Below are positions 8,921 through 20,630 of a DNA stretch of 64,000 nt, one piece after another. Position 1 is the first letter of the stretch. Every line of letters starts with the position of its first letter. Below the pieces are notes generated by a model. That model had not been told where the DNA came from. It made no database searches and saw only the letters and a list, made by a program, of their open reading frames with translations. This stretch comes from an uncultured bacterium (GTDB lineage: Bacteria > Acidobacteriota > Thermoanaerobaculia > Multivoradales > J023). The DNA is taken from the NCBI GenBank assembly GCA_937948815.1, contig CALFAM010000058.1:2174-66173 (forward strand). Reading direction: 5' to 3'. A program made the position numbers and the translations under genes.

Positions 8921-11047
8921 CTACATGCCGAGGAGGTCGGCATTGCCGCCTGCCAAGCGATCGACCAACTCCTGGTGGAAGTGGTCGTCGGCATCGGTCA
9001 GGCGCGGATCGATCCGTTCGTGGTACATCTTGCGAGAGCGGTCGATGTCCTCGCGCAGACGGTTGTAGATGTTGCCTTCGCGCCGCCCTTCCTCGAGCTG
9101 ATCCTCGTTGTAGAGCTTGATCTCGCTGACCAAGAGACGAGCCAAGCGGCGTGCCTCTTCGCGCAACGCCTGGTCACCGTCCGAACCGCCTGCCGTAAAG
9201 GCGGAGCCCGGACCGGAAAGATCTGCCGGAGGTGCGACCTCTGTGCTCTTGCGGGCGGAAGCAGGCGGGTCCGCCGGCTCCGCGGGCGGCCGATAGACCG
9301 CGCTGCGCTCTGCCATCAAGGTCGCATCTTCGCTGTGCGCATGCGGGTCCACGGGTGGCGGGCTCGGCGTCGGGGAGTCGAGCGCGGCGTCGATCCGCGC
9401 GGCGGGCGGCGGTGAGGCGGCTTGATTTTCGAGCTGATCGAGGTCGAGACGAACGGTCTGTTGCGGACTCGGTGTGGCGAAACGGCTGTCGTCGAGCTCG
9501 AACGAGACCTCTTTTGGAGCCTCTGCGGCCTGCACGGGCGCCTCGGCCGCGGGCACGGCCTTCGTCTGTGCCGCGATCTCCCCACCGTCGACCGCAAGAA
9601 CATCCTCGTCGGCCTGGATCAACGACGGGTCGATGGGTTCCAGCTCGAGGGTGTCGTTCTCGTGCTCGACCTCCTCCTCGCGTGCCACTTCGGCGTCCGA
9701 GCGAATGCGAGGGAAGCTGGCGTCGACCTGGATCTGCTCCGTGATGGTCTCTTCGCCGAACAGCTCCTCCACCTCGGCGCTGGGCTCGGGGCGGACGGTA
9801 ATCGGCGGAGAGGTAGCCTGGGTATCGTTCCCGGCGCCGTCGACGTAGGGGACCTCTGGCGGCAGGGTCACTGCTGTGGCATCTGCCGCATCGCTTTCCA
9901 GATCCACCGTCGGATCGACCAGTGGATAGGTTTCGTCAGCCGTGGCAGGCGAGCTTACCGGCGGCTTCTCGACGACGGTCTCGTCGAGCGCTTCGATCGG
10001 AACCACGGGCTCGGGTACGGGTGGAGGTGTCACCTCCTCGAATTCGACCGTGTCGCTGTCGCCCGCTTCCGCGGCGAGGCCATCGCTCGTCGGTCCGGCG
10101 GCGTCTTCGGTCATCAGCTCGAGAACATCGGCGGTGGTCTCTGCAGCCGGCTCGGCCGAAGCCTCCGGGGCCACGACTTCGACGGGATCTTCTACCGGGC
10201 GGTCCGCGACCTCGGTCGGAGTGGCCTCACCGTCGTCATCCCTGGCTGCATCGTCGGCAAGACCGCCCGCAGCGTCGTTTTCCGCGACCTCGGTGTCGGC
10301 ACTGTGATCTTGTGCATCACCGGCCGTGACCTGCTCCTCTTCCTCGGCGACCATGTGGCCAACCACTGCAGCCGCCGCAGCAGCCGCGAAGAGCGGCAAG
10401 GACGTCTCGGCCGCTTCGTGATCGCGCAGCGCCGGCGAAACGCCCGCGCCGCGCGTCGGCAGCGTCTCGATACTCAGTCCGGCCAGATGGCACAGCAGTC
10501 GCAAGGTCGCGACATCGAGCGCTGGCTCGGTCTCGTCGCGCTCGACGTAGAGAAAACCGGCGAGCTCGTTGCGCAGCACGAAGGGCAAGAACACACCCTC
10601 CGCGCCAGCCGCGGTGCCGATTGCCGTGGCCAAGCGGCCAATATCGTCTCCTTCGACGCGGATCGCACCGTTCGCGGCCCGTAGCTGTGCGAAGGGCTCG
10701 CGGCCGAAACCGAAGTGACGCCCTCCGAGCTCCTCGGCGTCAAATCGGAACCCACTGCTGGACCAACCCTCGACGCCGTGCTCTCGGGCGACGAAGAACG
10801 CGCTGCGGCTGCCATACTCGTTGGCTTCCTCGAGTAGGGCTGCAAGCAGGCCGCCTTGGCTACCCGCCTGGTCGATTCGCGCGACAGCAGCAAGAAGCTT
10901 GGCGCTGCTATCGGCTTGCGCCTCGGCAAGCAGTGAAACGGCCTCGTTCTGAAGCAACGTTCCGGGGAGCTCACTATCGAGCACCTCCTGAACGGCGCGA
11001 TCGATGGCACGTGCGAGGGGATCTTTCAGGGCTTCGAAACGGGACAT
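8921..11047 (-). CDS. Hypothetical protein: N-terminal GAF-like domain, acidic low-complexity linker of about 370 aa, conserved basic C-terminal helical module of about 80 aa
   Basis: The N-terminal 230 aa looks GAF-like (FFVAREHGVEGWSSSGF...GFLYVERDE...LRLLCHLAGLSIE). The middle is rich in E/D/A/P/T/V. The C-terminus is ARRLARLLVSEIKLYNEDQLEEGRREGNIYNRLREDIDRSRKMYHERI. I cannot name a function for it. Confidence 0.6.
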   Translation of the reverse strand: MSRFEALKDPLARAIDRAVQEVLDSELPGTLLQNEAVSLLAEAQADSSAKLLAAVARIDQAGSQGGLLAALLEEANEYGSRSAFFVAREHGVEGWSSSGFRFDAEELGGRHFGFGREPFAQLRAANGAIRVEGDDIGRLATAIGTAAGAEGVFLPFVLRNELAGFLYVERDETEPALDVATLRLLCHLAGLSIETLPTRGAGVSPALRDHEAAETSLPLFAAAAAAAVVGHMVAEEEEQVTAGDAQDHSADTEVAENDAAGGLADDAARDDDGEATPTEVADRPVEDPVEVVAPEASAEPAAETTADVLELMTEDAAGPTSDGLAAEAGDSDTVEFEEVTPPPVPEPVVPIEALDETVVEKPPVSSPATADETYPLVDPTVDLESDAADATAVTLPPEVPYVDGAGNDTQATSPPITVRPEPSAEVEELFGEETITEQIQVDASFPRIRSDAEVAREEEVEHENDTLELEPIDPSLIQADEDVLAVDGGEIAAQTKAVPAAEAPVQAAEAPKEVSFELDDSRFATPSPQQTVRLDLDQLENQAASPPPAARIDAALDSPTPSPPPVDPHAHSEDATLMAERSAVYRPPAEPADPPASARKSTEVAPPADLSGPGSAFTAGGSDGDQALREEARRLARLLVSEIKLYNEDQLEEGRREGNIYNRLREDIDRSRKMYHERIDPRLTDADDHFHQELVDRLAGGNADLLGM

Positions 11048-11296
11048 GCAGTTTCTTCCGTCGGTTGGGAACCATCCGGCATCGGTTACCGTTCTCCAGG
11101 CGAAATCGACCTAGGAGACCTAGGGACAAATGTCAGGCAACGTATTGTTTCACGAGCACGTTGGGAATGAAAGCGGCGCTCCCGAGGCCACCTTGTTCAC
11201 CTCGAAACCCTGTGGTACCTTGAAGTTTCCCACCCGCGCGCTGAGGTCGTACCACGACCCTGCCCGACGCTACCCATCAGAACGGAGGATTTCCGC

Positions 11297-12097
11297 ATGC
11301 GCGAAGGACGGCTTCTCGCTCTCATTGGTTACGCCCTTGCGGCGATTCTGCTCGTCAACCTGACCGCTTGCTCGACCGGACCATCCGACGAAGAGCGGAA
11401 GGCTCAGGAAGCACAAGAAGCCTGGACCCTCATTGAGCAGGCGAAGGCTGATCTCGACGCCAAGCGAGGCGAGATCAGGACGCTCACCGAGCAGATCGCG
11501 GCCGGCGTCGAGGAATCTGCCGAAGAGGGCGCCGAAACCGCAGAGTCTCTGCAGGCCAAGGCGTCGGAGCTGGAAGAGATGGTCGCGACCGGCTCAGAAG
11601 GGCTGACCGGAATGCTGATCGACTTCATCAACAGCCAGGGCATCGAGGTTGGTGCCGAGCTGACCGATATCCAAACCGCCGCGATTCGCATGAAGAGCGA
11701 CGAAGAGATCGTGATCGCGCACGAATACATCGACAAAGCTGGCGACTACACGCGGGCGATCGACATCTTCGAAACGGCTTTGGTCTTCGATCCCGAGAAC
11801 GAGCGCCTGAAGGAAGAGCTTGCCAAGGCGCAAGTTGACCGCTTCATGAACAAGGAGCGGTTCGGACAGGTCAAGAAGAAGATGATGCAGCCCGAGGTAC
11901 GGGCGTTGCTCGGACAGGTCAAGCCTCAGCTCAATCGCGCCTACGAAGAGGACAATACCGAGGCGTGGTTCTATGAGAAGGAAGACGGCGGCGCGGCCGG
12001 TGTCTTCTTCCGTGAAACCAGCAAGGGAAACGGGGAATGGGCCGTTTACCATGTGGACTGGGACTCCATCAAAGCGAAGGACGACGGGGCTAGCTAG
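11297..12097 (+). CDS. Hypothetical lipoprotein (coiled-coil / TPR-like)
   Basis: Signal peptide with a lipobox (LLVNLTAC), then a charged helical sequence. Confidence 0.6.
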   Translation: MREGRLLALIGYALAAILLVNLTACSTGPSDEERKAQEAQEAWTLIEQAKADLDAKRGEIRTLTEQIAAGVEESAEEGAETAESLQAKASELEEMVATGSEGLTGMLIDFINSQGIEVGAELTDIQTAAIRMKSDEEIVIAHEYIDKAGDYTRAIDIFETALVFDPENERLKEELAKAQVDRFMNKERFGQVKKKMMQPEVRALLGQVKPQLNRAYEEDNTEAWFYEKEDGGAAGVFFRETSKGNGEWAVYHVDWDSIKAKDDGAS

Positions 12098-12226
12098 ACC
12101 AAACGTTGACGATTCGCGATGGCGCACGCTTGACATCCGCGCGCTTTTTCCAGGAAAATGTCTAGACTGCGGGTACGGTACGTCCAGTGCGCGCGGAATC
12201 CTAGAGGAAGGCGAGGTGATTCCCCC

Positions 12227-12436
12227 ATGCCGATGGTGCATGTTCGCGACGAAGAGAGTTTCGAAAATGCTCTCCGTCGCTTCAAGCGAAAGTGCGAGAA
12301 GTCCGGTGTCTTGACCGAGCTCAAGAAACGCCAGTACTTCGAGAAGCCGTGCGTAAAGCGCAAGCGTAAAGCGCTGCAAGCACGCAAAAAGATTCTTCGC
12401 AAACTTGCCGAGGAGCGCCGGGCCGGGCTCGCATAG
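12227..12436 (+). CDS. rpsU: 30S ribosomal protein S21
   Basis: MPMVHVRDEESFENALRRFKRKCEKSGVLTELKKRQYFEKP... is canonical S21. GGAAGGCGAGGTG Shine-Dalgarno region lies upstream of ATG 12227. The ORF-track start 12158 is an upstream extension. Confidence 0.9.
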   Translation: MPMVHVRDEESFENALRRFKRKCEKSGVLTELKKRQYFEKPCVKRKRKALQARKKILRKLAEERRAGLA

Positions 12437-12476
12437 AGTTCGTTTCGGAGCGCCCATTGAAGGCGAGCCATTGAAA

Positions 12477-12515
12477 GCGGGGGTAGGTCGGCGACCTACC
12501 GCCGCTTTTTCTTTT
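12477..12515 (+). terminator. Rho-independent terminator (or attenuator) after rpsU
   Basis: GCGGGGGTAGGT-CGGCG-ACCTACCGCCGC stem-loop followed by TTTTTCTTTT. Confidence 0.6.
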
Positions 12516-12546
12516 GGAAAGCAGGGTTCTTTAGGACAGAAAGGCC

Positions 12547-15042
12547 GTGAAGTCTCCGCCACCCATCGTCGCCTCGGCGCCAACGCAGCGAGCCCTCGAG
12601 CTCGAGACACTGCTCGAAGTCTTGGCCGAACGCGCCGCGACCGATCTCGGCGCCGAGCAGCTGCGTTCGCTCGCTCCCGCGCCCAGCCAGTCGGTCCTCG
12701 AATCTCGGCGCGCGCGATTCGAAGACGCTGATCGCCTGGTTCCCGCGGGCAGCCTCGTCCCGCCGGCGGAGCGCGCATTCGCACCGCTCCTGGCACGCCT
12801 CGGACACCCGACCCAGGGCCTTGAAGGTGCCGATATGGTCGCCCTGGCCGGCCTTCTGCGGATCTCGGAAGACGCCAAGAGGCGAATCGCCACGTCCGAT
12901 CCACCCTGCCAGAGTCTGGCGGAGCGTGCAGCCGAAGTCGCCGACCTGCAGGCCCATGTCGACGCCATCGACCGTGCGCTCGATAGCCGAGGCAATGTAC
13001 GCGACGACGCCAGCCCACGCCTGGTCAAGCTGCGATCGCGCATTCATGGTGTCCGTGACCGTCTCTACAGCGACCTCGGCCAGCTCGCGGACCAGCATCG
13101 TGAGCATCTGAGCGAAGACACCATTCCGATGCGCGGCGGTCGCCTCGTGCTGATCATGCAATCCGGTGCGCCGGGACAGAGCCACGGGCTGACCCACGGT
13201 CGCTCCGGAACGGGCCGCAGCGTCTACTTCGAACCTCTCGAAGTGGTGCCGCTCAACAACCAGCTCCAGCAGGCGGTCGAGGACGAAGAAGCCGAGCGGC
13301 GGCGCGTCCTGCGCGAGCTCTCGGACCAACTCCGAAACGCACGTGACGAGGTGAACGCCACTGCGCGATTCGTCGCTGATCTCGACCTGCTTCAGGCCCT
13401 GGTCCGCTATCGCCAGGTCTCGAACGGTCGGCTCGCGGCGCTCTCCGGCCCGCACGATCTCGTGTTGGTGCGCGCACGCCACCCCTTGCTCGATCCACAG
13501 CTGGCTGATTGGCGTGAACAAGCGCTCGGCATGCCCGGTCACCGAGATCCCGTGGTGCCGCTCGAGATCGATCTCGACGTCGAACGCCGCATGCTGGTCG
13601 TCACCGGGCCCAATGCTGGCGGCAAGACGGTTTCCCTCAAGACCGTCGGCTTGCTTGCCCTGACCCATCTCTGCGGTTTACCGGTTCCGGCCGCACCGGG
13701 CAGCCGAATCCCCTTCCTGCGCAGCATCGTGGCGACCGTCGGCGACGATCAAGATCTGTTGGCTGATCGCTCCACATTCAGCGGACGGCTGATGCGCTTG
13801 CGGGAGGCGTGGGAGTCAGCGGGCGAGGATGCGCTCGTCCTGGTCGACGAGCTTGGTTCGGGGACCGACCCAGAGGAGGGCTCCGCCCTTTCGGTCGCCC
13901 TGGTCGAGCATCTGACCAGCCAACGCTGCTTGGCGATTGCCACGACCCATCTCACAAGGGTCGCAGCCGCGGCGATGGATCTCGACGGTGCCCTGTGCGC
14001 TGCCATGGCATTCGATCGCCAGACCGGTGGACCGACCTACCGGCTGCAGCCTGGGCCACCCGGCGGCAGCGAAGCCATCGCACTCGGGCGCCGACTGGGC
14101 CTGCCCGAGTCCTGGCTCGCCCGGGCCGACGAGCTGATGGGCCCCGAGCACCGCGATCTCCGGCGCCTGCTGGCCGAGGTGGCTGCGACTCGACAGTCCC
14201 TCGAGGCAGAGCAGAGCCAGGTCGAGCGTGAGCGCGAGGACCTGGCGCTGCTTCTGCGGCGAACCGCCGAGCGTGAGGCCGAGCTCGCCGACGAGAAGAA
14301 GCGTGTGGGGCGCGAATCACGCGCCAAGCTCGAGGCCTTCCGGCTGGAAACCAAGAAACGCTTCGCCGACCAGATCGAGAAGATTCGTCGAACCCTGGTT
14401 TCGCCGCAGACCGGCGCGGCCAAGCGCCGGCGTCTCGCTGCCGAGGCCACCGAGCAGGTATTCGCCGAGGCGCCGGTCATCGTCGAGGAGCCTGAGGTGG
14501 AAGCCGGCCCGGTGGTGGTCGGTGGGCCCGTCCGCCATGCGGCGCTCGGCTGGCGCGGAACGCTCGAGAAGCTGGATCGCGGCAAGGCCCAGGTGCGGGT
14601 CGGTGGCAAGCTTCTCCGCTGCGCCGAGTCCGATCTCGTGGGTGACACCGCCGGACCTTCCTCCTCCGGCCCCAAGCGTCCTTCTTCCGGCGTGCGGTTC
14701 GAGTCGAAGGCCGTGGCGGGTGGCAACGTCGTTCCGGGTCTCCGTGTGGGTGGTGGGCAAGCCACCAGCACCGGCAACATTGGAGCCTCAGGTGGCTCTC
14801 CAACGGAATTGATGCTGGTGGGCCAGCGCGTCGAGCCTGCCCTCGAGCGCTTGGACAAATTCCTCGACCAAGCCTTGCTCGAGGGCAAGAGCGAGGTCCG
14901 AATCGTCCATGGCTACGGCTCCGGCCGGCTGCGCCGTGCCGTGCGCGAGGACCTGCGCCGACACCGTGCAGTGGCTTCCCACCGCGCTGGCGGCGAAGGC
15001 GAGGGCGGTGACGGCGCGACCGTCGCCACCTTGGTGGGATGA
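12547..15042 (+). CDS. mutS2: Endonuclease MutS2 (MutS ATPase core plus C-terminal Smr domain)
   Basis: Walker A VVTGPNAGGKTVSLKTVGL, DELGSGTDP, and C-terminal Smr EVRIVHGYGSGRLRRAV. GTG start. Confidence 0.9.
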   Translation: MKSPPPIVASAPTQRALELETLLEVLAERAATDLGAEQLRSLAPAPSQSVLESRRARFEDADRLVPAGSLVPPAERAFAPLLARLGHPTQGLEGADMVALAGLLRISEDAKRRIATSDPPCQSLAERAAEVADLQAHVDAIDRALDSRGNVRDDASPRLVKLRSRIHGVRDRLYSDLGQLADQHREHLSEDTIPMRGGRLVLIMQSGAPGQSHGLTHGRSGTGRSVYFEPLEVVPLNNQLQQAVEDEEAERRRVLRELSDQLRNARDEVNATARFVADLDLLQALVRYRQVSNGRLAALSGPHDLVLVRARHPLLDPQLADWREQALGMPGHRDPVVPLEIDLDVERRMLVVTGPNAGGKTVSLKTVGLLALTHLCGLPVPAAPGSRIPFLRSIVATVGDDQDLLADRSTFSGRLMRLREAWESAGEDALVLVDELGSGTDPEEGSALSVALVEHLTSQRCLAIATTHLTRVAAAAMDLDGALCAAMAFDRQTGGPTYRLQPGPPGGSEAIALGRRLGLPESWLARADELMGPEHRDLRRLLAEVAATRQSLEAEQSQVEREREDLALLLRRTAEREAELADEKKRVGRESRAKLEAFRLETKKRFADQIEKIRRTLVSPQTGAAKRRRLAAEATEQVFAEAPVIVEEPEVEAGPVVVGGPVRHAALGWRGTLEKLDRGKAQVRVGGKLLRCAESDLVGDTAGPSSSGPKRPSSGVRFESKAVAGGNVVPGLRVGGGQATSTGNIGASGGSPTELMLVGQRVEPALERLDKFLDQALLEGKSEVRIVHGYGSGRLRRAVREDLRRHRAVASHRAGGEGEGGDGATVATLVG

Positions 15043-16850
15043 TGGCCAAGGGACGATTCGACGACGCAACGATCCAGACCGTCCGGGAGTCCGCCGACAT
15101 CGTGGCGGTTGCCGGCGACTACACGAAGCTGGAACGTGCCGGCAAGGGCTACAAGGGCCTCTCGCCGTTCAAGAAAGAGAAAACCCCATCCTTCACCGTC
15201 GATCCTGAAAAGGGTCTCTACTACTGCTTCTCCACCGGCGTTGGTGGTGACGCCATCCATCTGCACATGCAGATGACCGGTGACGACTTCCTGGAAGCAG
15301 TCGAGAGTCTCGCCGTCCGCTTCAGCGTCCCGCTGCCCGAACGCGGTGCCTCCCAGGATGGCGGTCGCCAACGCGATACCCGTGGCGCGCTCGAAGCCGG
15401 GCAAGGGTTCTTTACCCGCGCGCTAACCAAGGTCCCTGACGCCCGCTCCTACCTCGAGCGGCGGCAGATTCCGCAAGAGTTGGTCGAACGTTTTGGGCTG
15501 GGCTATGCCCCGGACCGGTGGGACGCGCTGCTCAATGCCCTACGCGAGCGGGTTCCGGTCGCCGACCTCGAGGCAGTGGGTCTGATCGGTCGTGCACAGA
15601 AGTCCGGAAAGCTCTACGACCGGTTTCGCCATCGCCTGACCTTCCCGATCCATGCAGGTTCGGGGCGCCTGGTCGGGTTCGGGGGACGCACCCTCGGAGA
15701 CGACAAGGCCAAGTACGTCAATACATCGGAGACGGACTTCTTCCACAAGGGCCGGCTGCTCTACGGCCTCCACCAGGCCAAACGCGCGCTGCGCGATACC
15801 CGACGCGCCATCCTGGTCGAGGGCTACTTCGACGTCATCGGAACCATCGCGGCAGGAATCGAAGGCGCGGTGGCGGGGATGGGCACGGCGCTGACCAGTG
15901 AGCAAGCGAAGCAGCTCGCCCAGATGGTCGACGAGGTGGTGGTTGCCTACGACGGCGACGAAGCGGGCGAGAAAGCCTTCGCGCGAAGCCTGCCGCTGCT
16001 GCTGGGTGCCGGGCTGTCGGTTCGCCGGGCACGCATCCCACGCGGCTCGGATCCCGACGCGCTGCGCCTCGAAGAAGGCAATGAGGCCCTCGTCGCTGCC
16101 ATCGACCAGGCGGATGACGCAGTCTGGCTCTTGATCCAGCGCGCCCTGCCAGCCGATGACGACCGCAGCCCCCTGGCGCTCGATCGAGCAGCCCTACGCA
16201 TCGTGGAAGTTTTGCGACTGCTGCGCGATCCGCTCGTGCGCGGTGCCTACGTGCGGCGCGCTGCCGAGCGGCTCGGGGTTCGTGAGTCGCATCTCGGAGA
16301 CCGCCTCGCGGGCCAGGCAGGCCCAATTGCGGCTGCGCCGGCCGGTGAAACCGGAGCAAGTCAAGGTGCCGACAAGGTACTCAATATGGAAGAGCGGGCA
16401 CTGGCCGTCTTGCTCGATCCCGCGACGGAGCTTCCGGATCTCGCGTCTCTTCCTGCACCTCAGGCCTTCTTCGATCCCGCAACCAGGAATATTTTCGAGG
16501 CCTTTTGCGCTTGCTATAGGAGCGCGGACAGTCGCAAGCCGACTGCGGCCGCGATTACGGCGCATTTGCGCCAACAAGGAACAGACCTTGACTCCACTGC
16601 GAGGATCCTTCTAGCATCGTCTGTTCTCGATGACGAGGGCTCATCGGAAACCATCGGACCCGCCGACACCGAGCTCTCTGAGATCCTGGGCGAACTTCAA
16701 CGACGTTGGTGCAAAGAACGGCTGGTGGCTGTGCACCAAGAGATCCGGCAGGTGCTGGAACAAGGTGACCTCGAGCGGTTCAACCGGCTCCGGGAAGAGA
16801 AGAACGCGTTGACGCGCCAACTTCACCCAGACGCTATTGGCAAGTTGTAA
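15039..16850 (+). CDS. dnaG: DNA primase
   Basis: Zinc-binding domain (GLSPFKKEKTPSFTVDPEKGLYYCFSTGVGGD) and Toprim region (ILVEGYFDVI, VAYDGDEAG). Its ATG overlaps the mutS2 stop (ATGA). Confidence 0.9.
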   Translation: MMAKGRFDDATIQTVRESADIVAVAGDYTKLERAGKGYKGLSPFKKEKTPSFTVDPEKGLYYCFSTGVGGDAIHLHMQMTGDDFLEAVESLAVRFSVPLPERGASQDGGRQRDTRGALEAGQGFFTRALTKVPDARSYLERRQIPQELVERFGLGYAPDRWDALLNALRERVPVADLEAVGLIGRAQKSGKLYDRFRHRLTFPIHAGSGRLVGFGGRTLGDDKAKYVNTSETDFFHKGRLLYGLHQAKRALRDTRRAILVEGYFDVIGTIAAGIEGAVAGMGTALTSEQAKQLAQMVDEVVVAYDGDEAGEKAFARSLPLLLGAGLSVRRARIPRGSDPDALRLEEGNEALVAAIDQADDAVWLLIQRALPADDDRSPLALDRAALRIVEVLRLLRDPLVRGAYVRRAAERLGVRESHLGDRLAGQAGPIAAAPAGETGASQGADKVLNMEERALAVLLDPATELPDLASLPAPQAFFDPATRNIFEAFCACYRSADSRKPTAAAITAHLRQQGTDLDSTARILLASSVLDDEGSSETIGPADTELSEILGELQRRWCKERLVAVHQEIRQVLEQGDLERFNRLREEKNALTRQLHPDAIGKL

Positions 16851-16880
16851 CGAGGAGCGGCCCCTGCCGGGTCGTTCCGA

Positions 16881-18620
<1,740 letters not shown>

Positions 18621-18651
18621 GCCCGTTCGCTCCAGCCTGATGGATCGCATT

Positions 18652-18682
18652 GCGGCCGGCCTTGTGCCGGCCGCAAGCTTTT
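18652..18682 (+). terminator. Stem-loop terminator after rpoD
   Basis: GCGGCCGGC-CTTGT-GCCGGCCGC followed by AAGCTTTT. It lies between the convergent rpoD and phoR genes. Confidence 0.5.
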
Positions 18683-18788
18683 GGTGCTCGATGCGGCGTT
18701 TGCCCGCAGCGAGGGGCCTCTATGCAAGCGGTCCGCCGATCGTGCAGCGGCGCAGCACTGAAGATCGAATCTGCGCGCTGGAGTGCGA

Positions 18789-20609
18789 TCAGGCCGCGCC
18801 GCGATGGCGGGGCAGGCGGATCGTGAAGGTCGAGCCCACGCCAGGCTCGCTGGCGACCTCGATGTCGCCGCCCAGGCTGCGAACGATGTGCTTCACGATG
18901 GCGAGGCCGAGCCCCGTCCCCCCGAGTGATCGGGAGCGGGCCTTGTCGACTCGATAGAAGCGCTCGAAGATGCGGTCCAGGTGGGGCTTGGCGATGCCCA
19001 TGCCGTGATCGGCGACGGCGATCGCGACCTCACGCTCATCCGCTTGGATCGCCACCTCGATCGAGCCCCCTTCTGGCGAGTACTTGATGGCATTTTCGAG
19101 GAGGTTGGAAACGACTTCTTCGAGCGCCTGCAATTCGCCGAGCACGCGCACCGGCACGTCGGGAACGTCGACGGCGATGCGGATCTTCTTCGCTTCGCTC
19201 ATCGGCTCGATGGCCCGCACAGCCGCCCGCACAGCCGCCTGTACATGGGTCGGCTCCGTCCGCAAGCCAGAAGGATCGGCATCGAGACGCGAAAGCGAGA
19301 GAAGGTCGATCACCAGGCGCGACAGGCGCAAGCTCTGATCGCGAATGCGATCCAGGAAGCTGCGCCGGATCTCTTCCGGCATGGATGGATCGTCGATCAA
19401 TGTCTCGGCGAGGCCTCGGATCGCGGTCACCGGCGTCTTGAGCTCGTGGGAAACATTGCCGACGAAGTCCTGGCGGACGGTTTCGAGGTGGCGAACCGTG
19501 GTCACGTCTTCGAGCACCAGCACGGCGCCTCGCAGACCACTCGCGCCATTGCGCAACGGTGTCGCGAGGAGCTCCAGCACGCGATCGGCCCGACCGGGAA
19601 GCAGCAGCTCGCGCTCCGCGGGTTTGTCCGAATCCATGGCCTCGCGGAGCGCCTCGGCGACGCCATGGACGCGGGTGACCTCCCAGATCCGGCGCCCTTG
19701 TACCGAGGTGGGCACTACGCCGAGCAGGTCGGCGGCAACCTGGTTCATGTGTACGACCCGCTCTTCACGGTCGACCGCGACCACGCCCTCGACCATCGAG
19801 CCCAGGATCGCCGCCAGACGGCTTTGTTCGAGTGTCGCGGTCTCGAGCTGTTCACGCAGGCGCACGCGCATGATGTTGAACGCGTCGGCCAGCGATCCCA
19901 GCTCGTCCGCTGGATCGGCAGCCACGACCCGGCGGCTGTAGTCTCCGTCCGAGAGCGCGCGGGCCGCGGCGGTCAGGCCGCGCAACGGACGGGTGATCCG
20001 CTGTGCGACCACAAAGGCGAGCGCGAGGGCGGCAATGGTGGCGATCGCAGCGCCGAGAAGGACCAAACGTCGCAGGGAGGCAAGGTGGGCCTCGACCGAA
20101 ACCAACGGAACGGCCGCCCGCGCGAAGCCCTGAATCGCTCCGTCTTCGTAGATCGCAAGGGCGACGTAGCGCATACGTTGCCCGAGCGTTCGGCTGAATC
20201 GGCCCGCCCAGCCGATCCCCTCCTCACGGGCCGCGACGATCTCGGCTCGGTTGCCGTGGTTGTCGAGGCCGGAGGGGGAGACATTCGAGTCCGCGATGAC
20301 CTCACCAGTGGCGTTGATGACCGTCAGCCGGCTGCCGGTCGCAGTCGCGATCGCTCGAACGCGGGCCTCGAGATGGCCAGGATCGTTCAGGCCCTCACGT
20401 TCGGAAACGCCGGCACGATCGCTCCCCACCAACGACTCGGCGACCATGACGCGGAGCAGGGTTGCGTCGCCAAGGAGCACACGATCGGTCTCCTCCTCCG
20501 CCGAACGCACGATGCTGGTCGCCACCAAAGCGCCGACCACCAAGGCGGTCAGAACGATCAGAAGTGCGTAGCCCGCGTAGAGCTTCCAGAGAAAGCGTGA
20601 GCGCAGCAT
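18789..20609 (-). CDS. phoR: Sensor histidine kinase (PhoR-like: periplasmic domain, HAMP, PAS, HisKA, HATPase)
   Basis: H-box FVGNVSHELKTP, N-box VVSNLLENAIKYS, and G-boxes DHGMGI / GTGLGLAIV. It lies directly downstream of phoB in the Pho cluster, and the name comes from that context. Confidence 0.75.
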   Translation of the reverse strand: MLRSRFLWKLYAGYALLIVLTALVVGALVATSIVRSAEEETDRVLLGDATLLRVMVAESLVGSDRAGVSEREGLNDPGHLEARVRAIATATGSRLTVINATGEVIADSNVSPSGLDNHGNRAEIVAAREEGIGWAGRFSRTLGQRMRYVALAIYEDGAIQGFARAAVPLVSVEAHLASLRRLVLLGAAIATIAALALAFVVAQRITRPLRGLTAAARALSDGDYSRRVVAADPADELGSLADAFNIMRVRLREQLETATLEQSRLAAILGSMVEGVVAVDREERVVHMNQVAADLLGVVPTSVQGRRIWEVTRVHGVAEALREAMDSDKPAERELLLPGRADRVLELLATPLRNGASGLRGAVLVLEDVTTVRHLETVRQDFVGNVSHELKTPVTAIRGLAETLIDDPSMPEEIRRSFLDRIRDQSLRLSRLVIDLLSLSRLDADPSGLRTEPTHVQAAVRAAVRAIEPMSEAKKIRIAVDVPDVPVRVLGELQALEEVVSNLLENAIKYSPEGGSIEVAIQADEREVAIAVADHGMGIAKPHLDRIFERFYRVDKARSRSLGGTGLGLAIVKHIVRSLGGDIEVASEPGVGSTFTIRLPRHRGAA

Positions 20610-20630
20610 GGGAAAGCCTCCGCCTGCTGG

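Noticed and set aside
11130-11363. A 77-aa ORF in the divergent intergenic region between the GAF protein and the lipoprotein gene.
   Set aside because: It overlaps the well-supported lipoprotein start, has no Shine-Dalgarno sequence, and has no recognisable motif.
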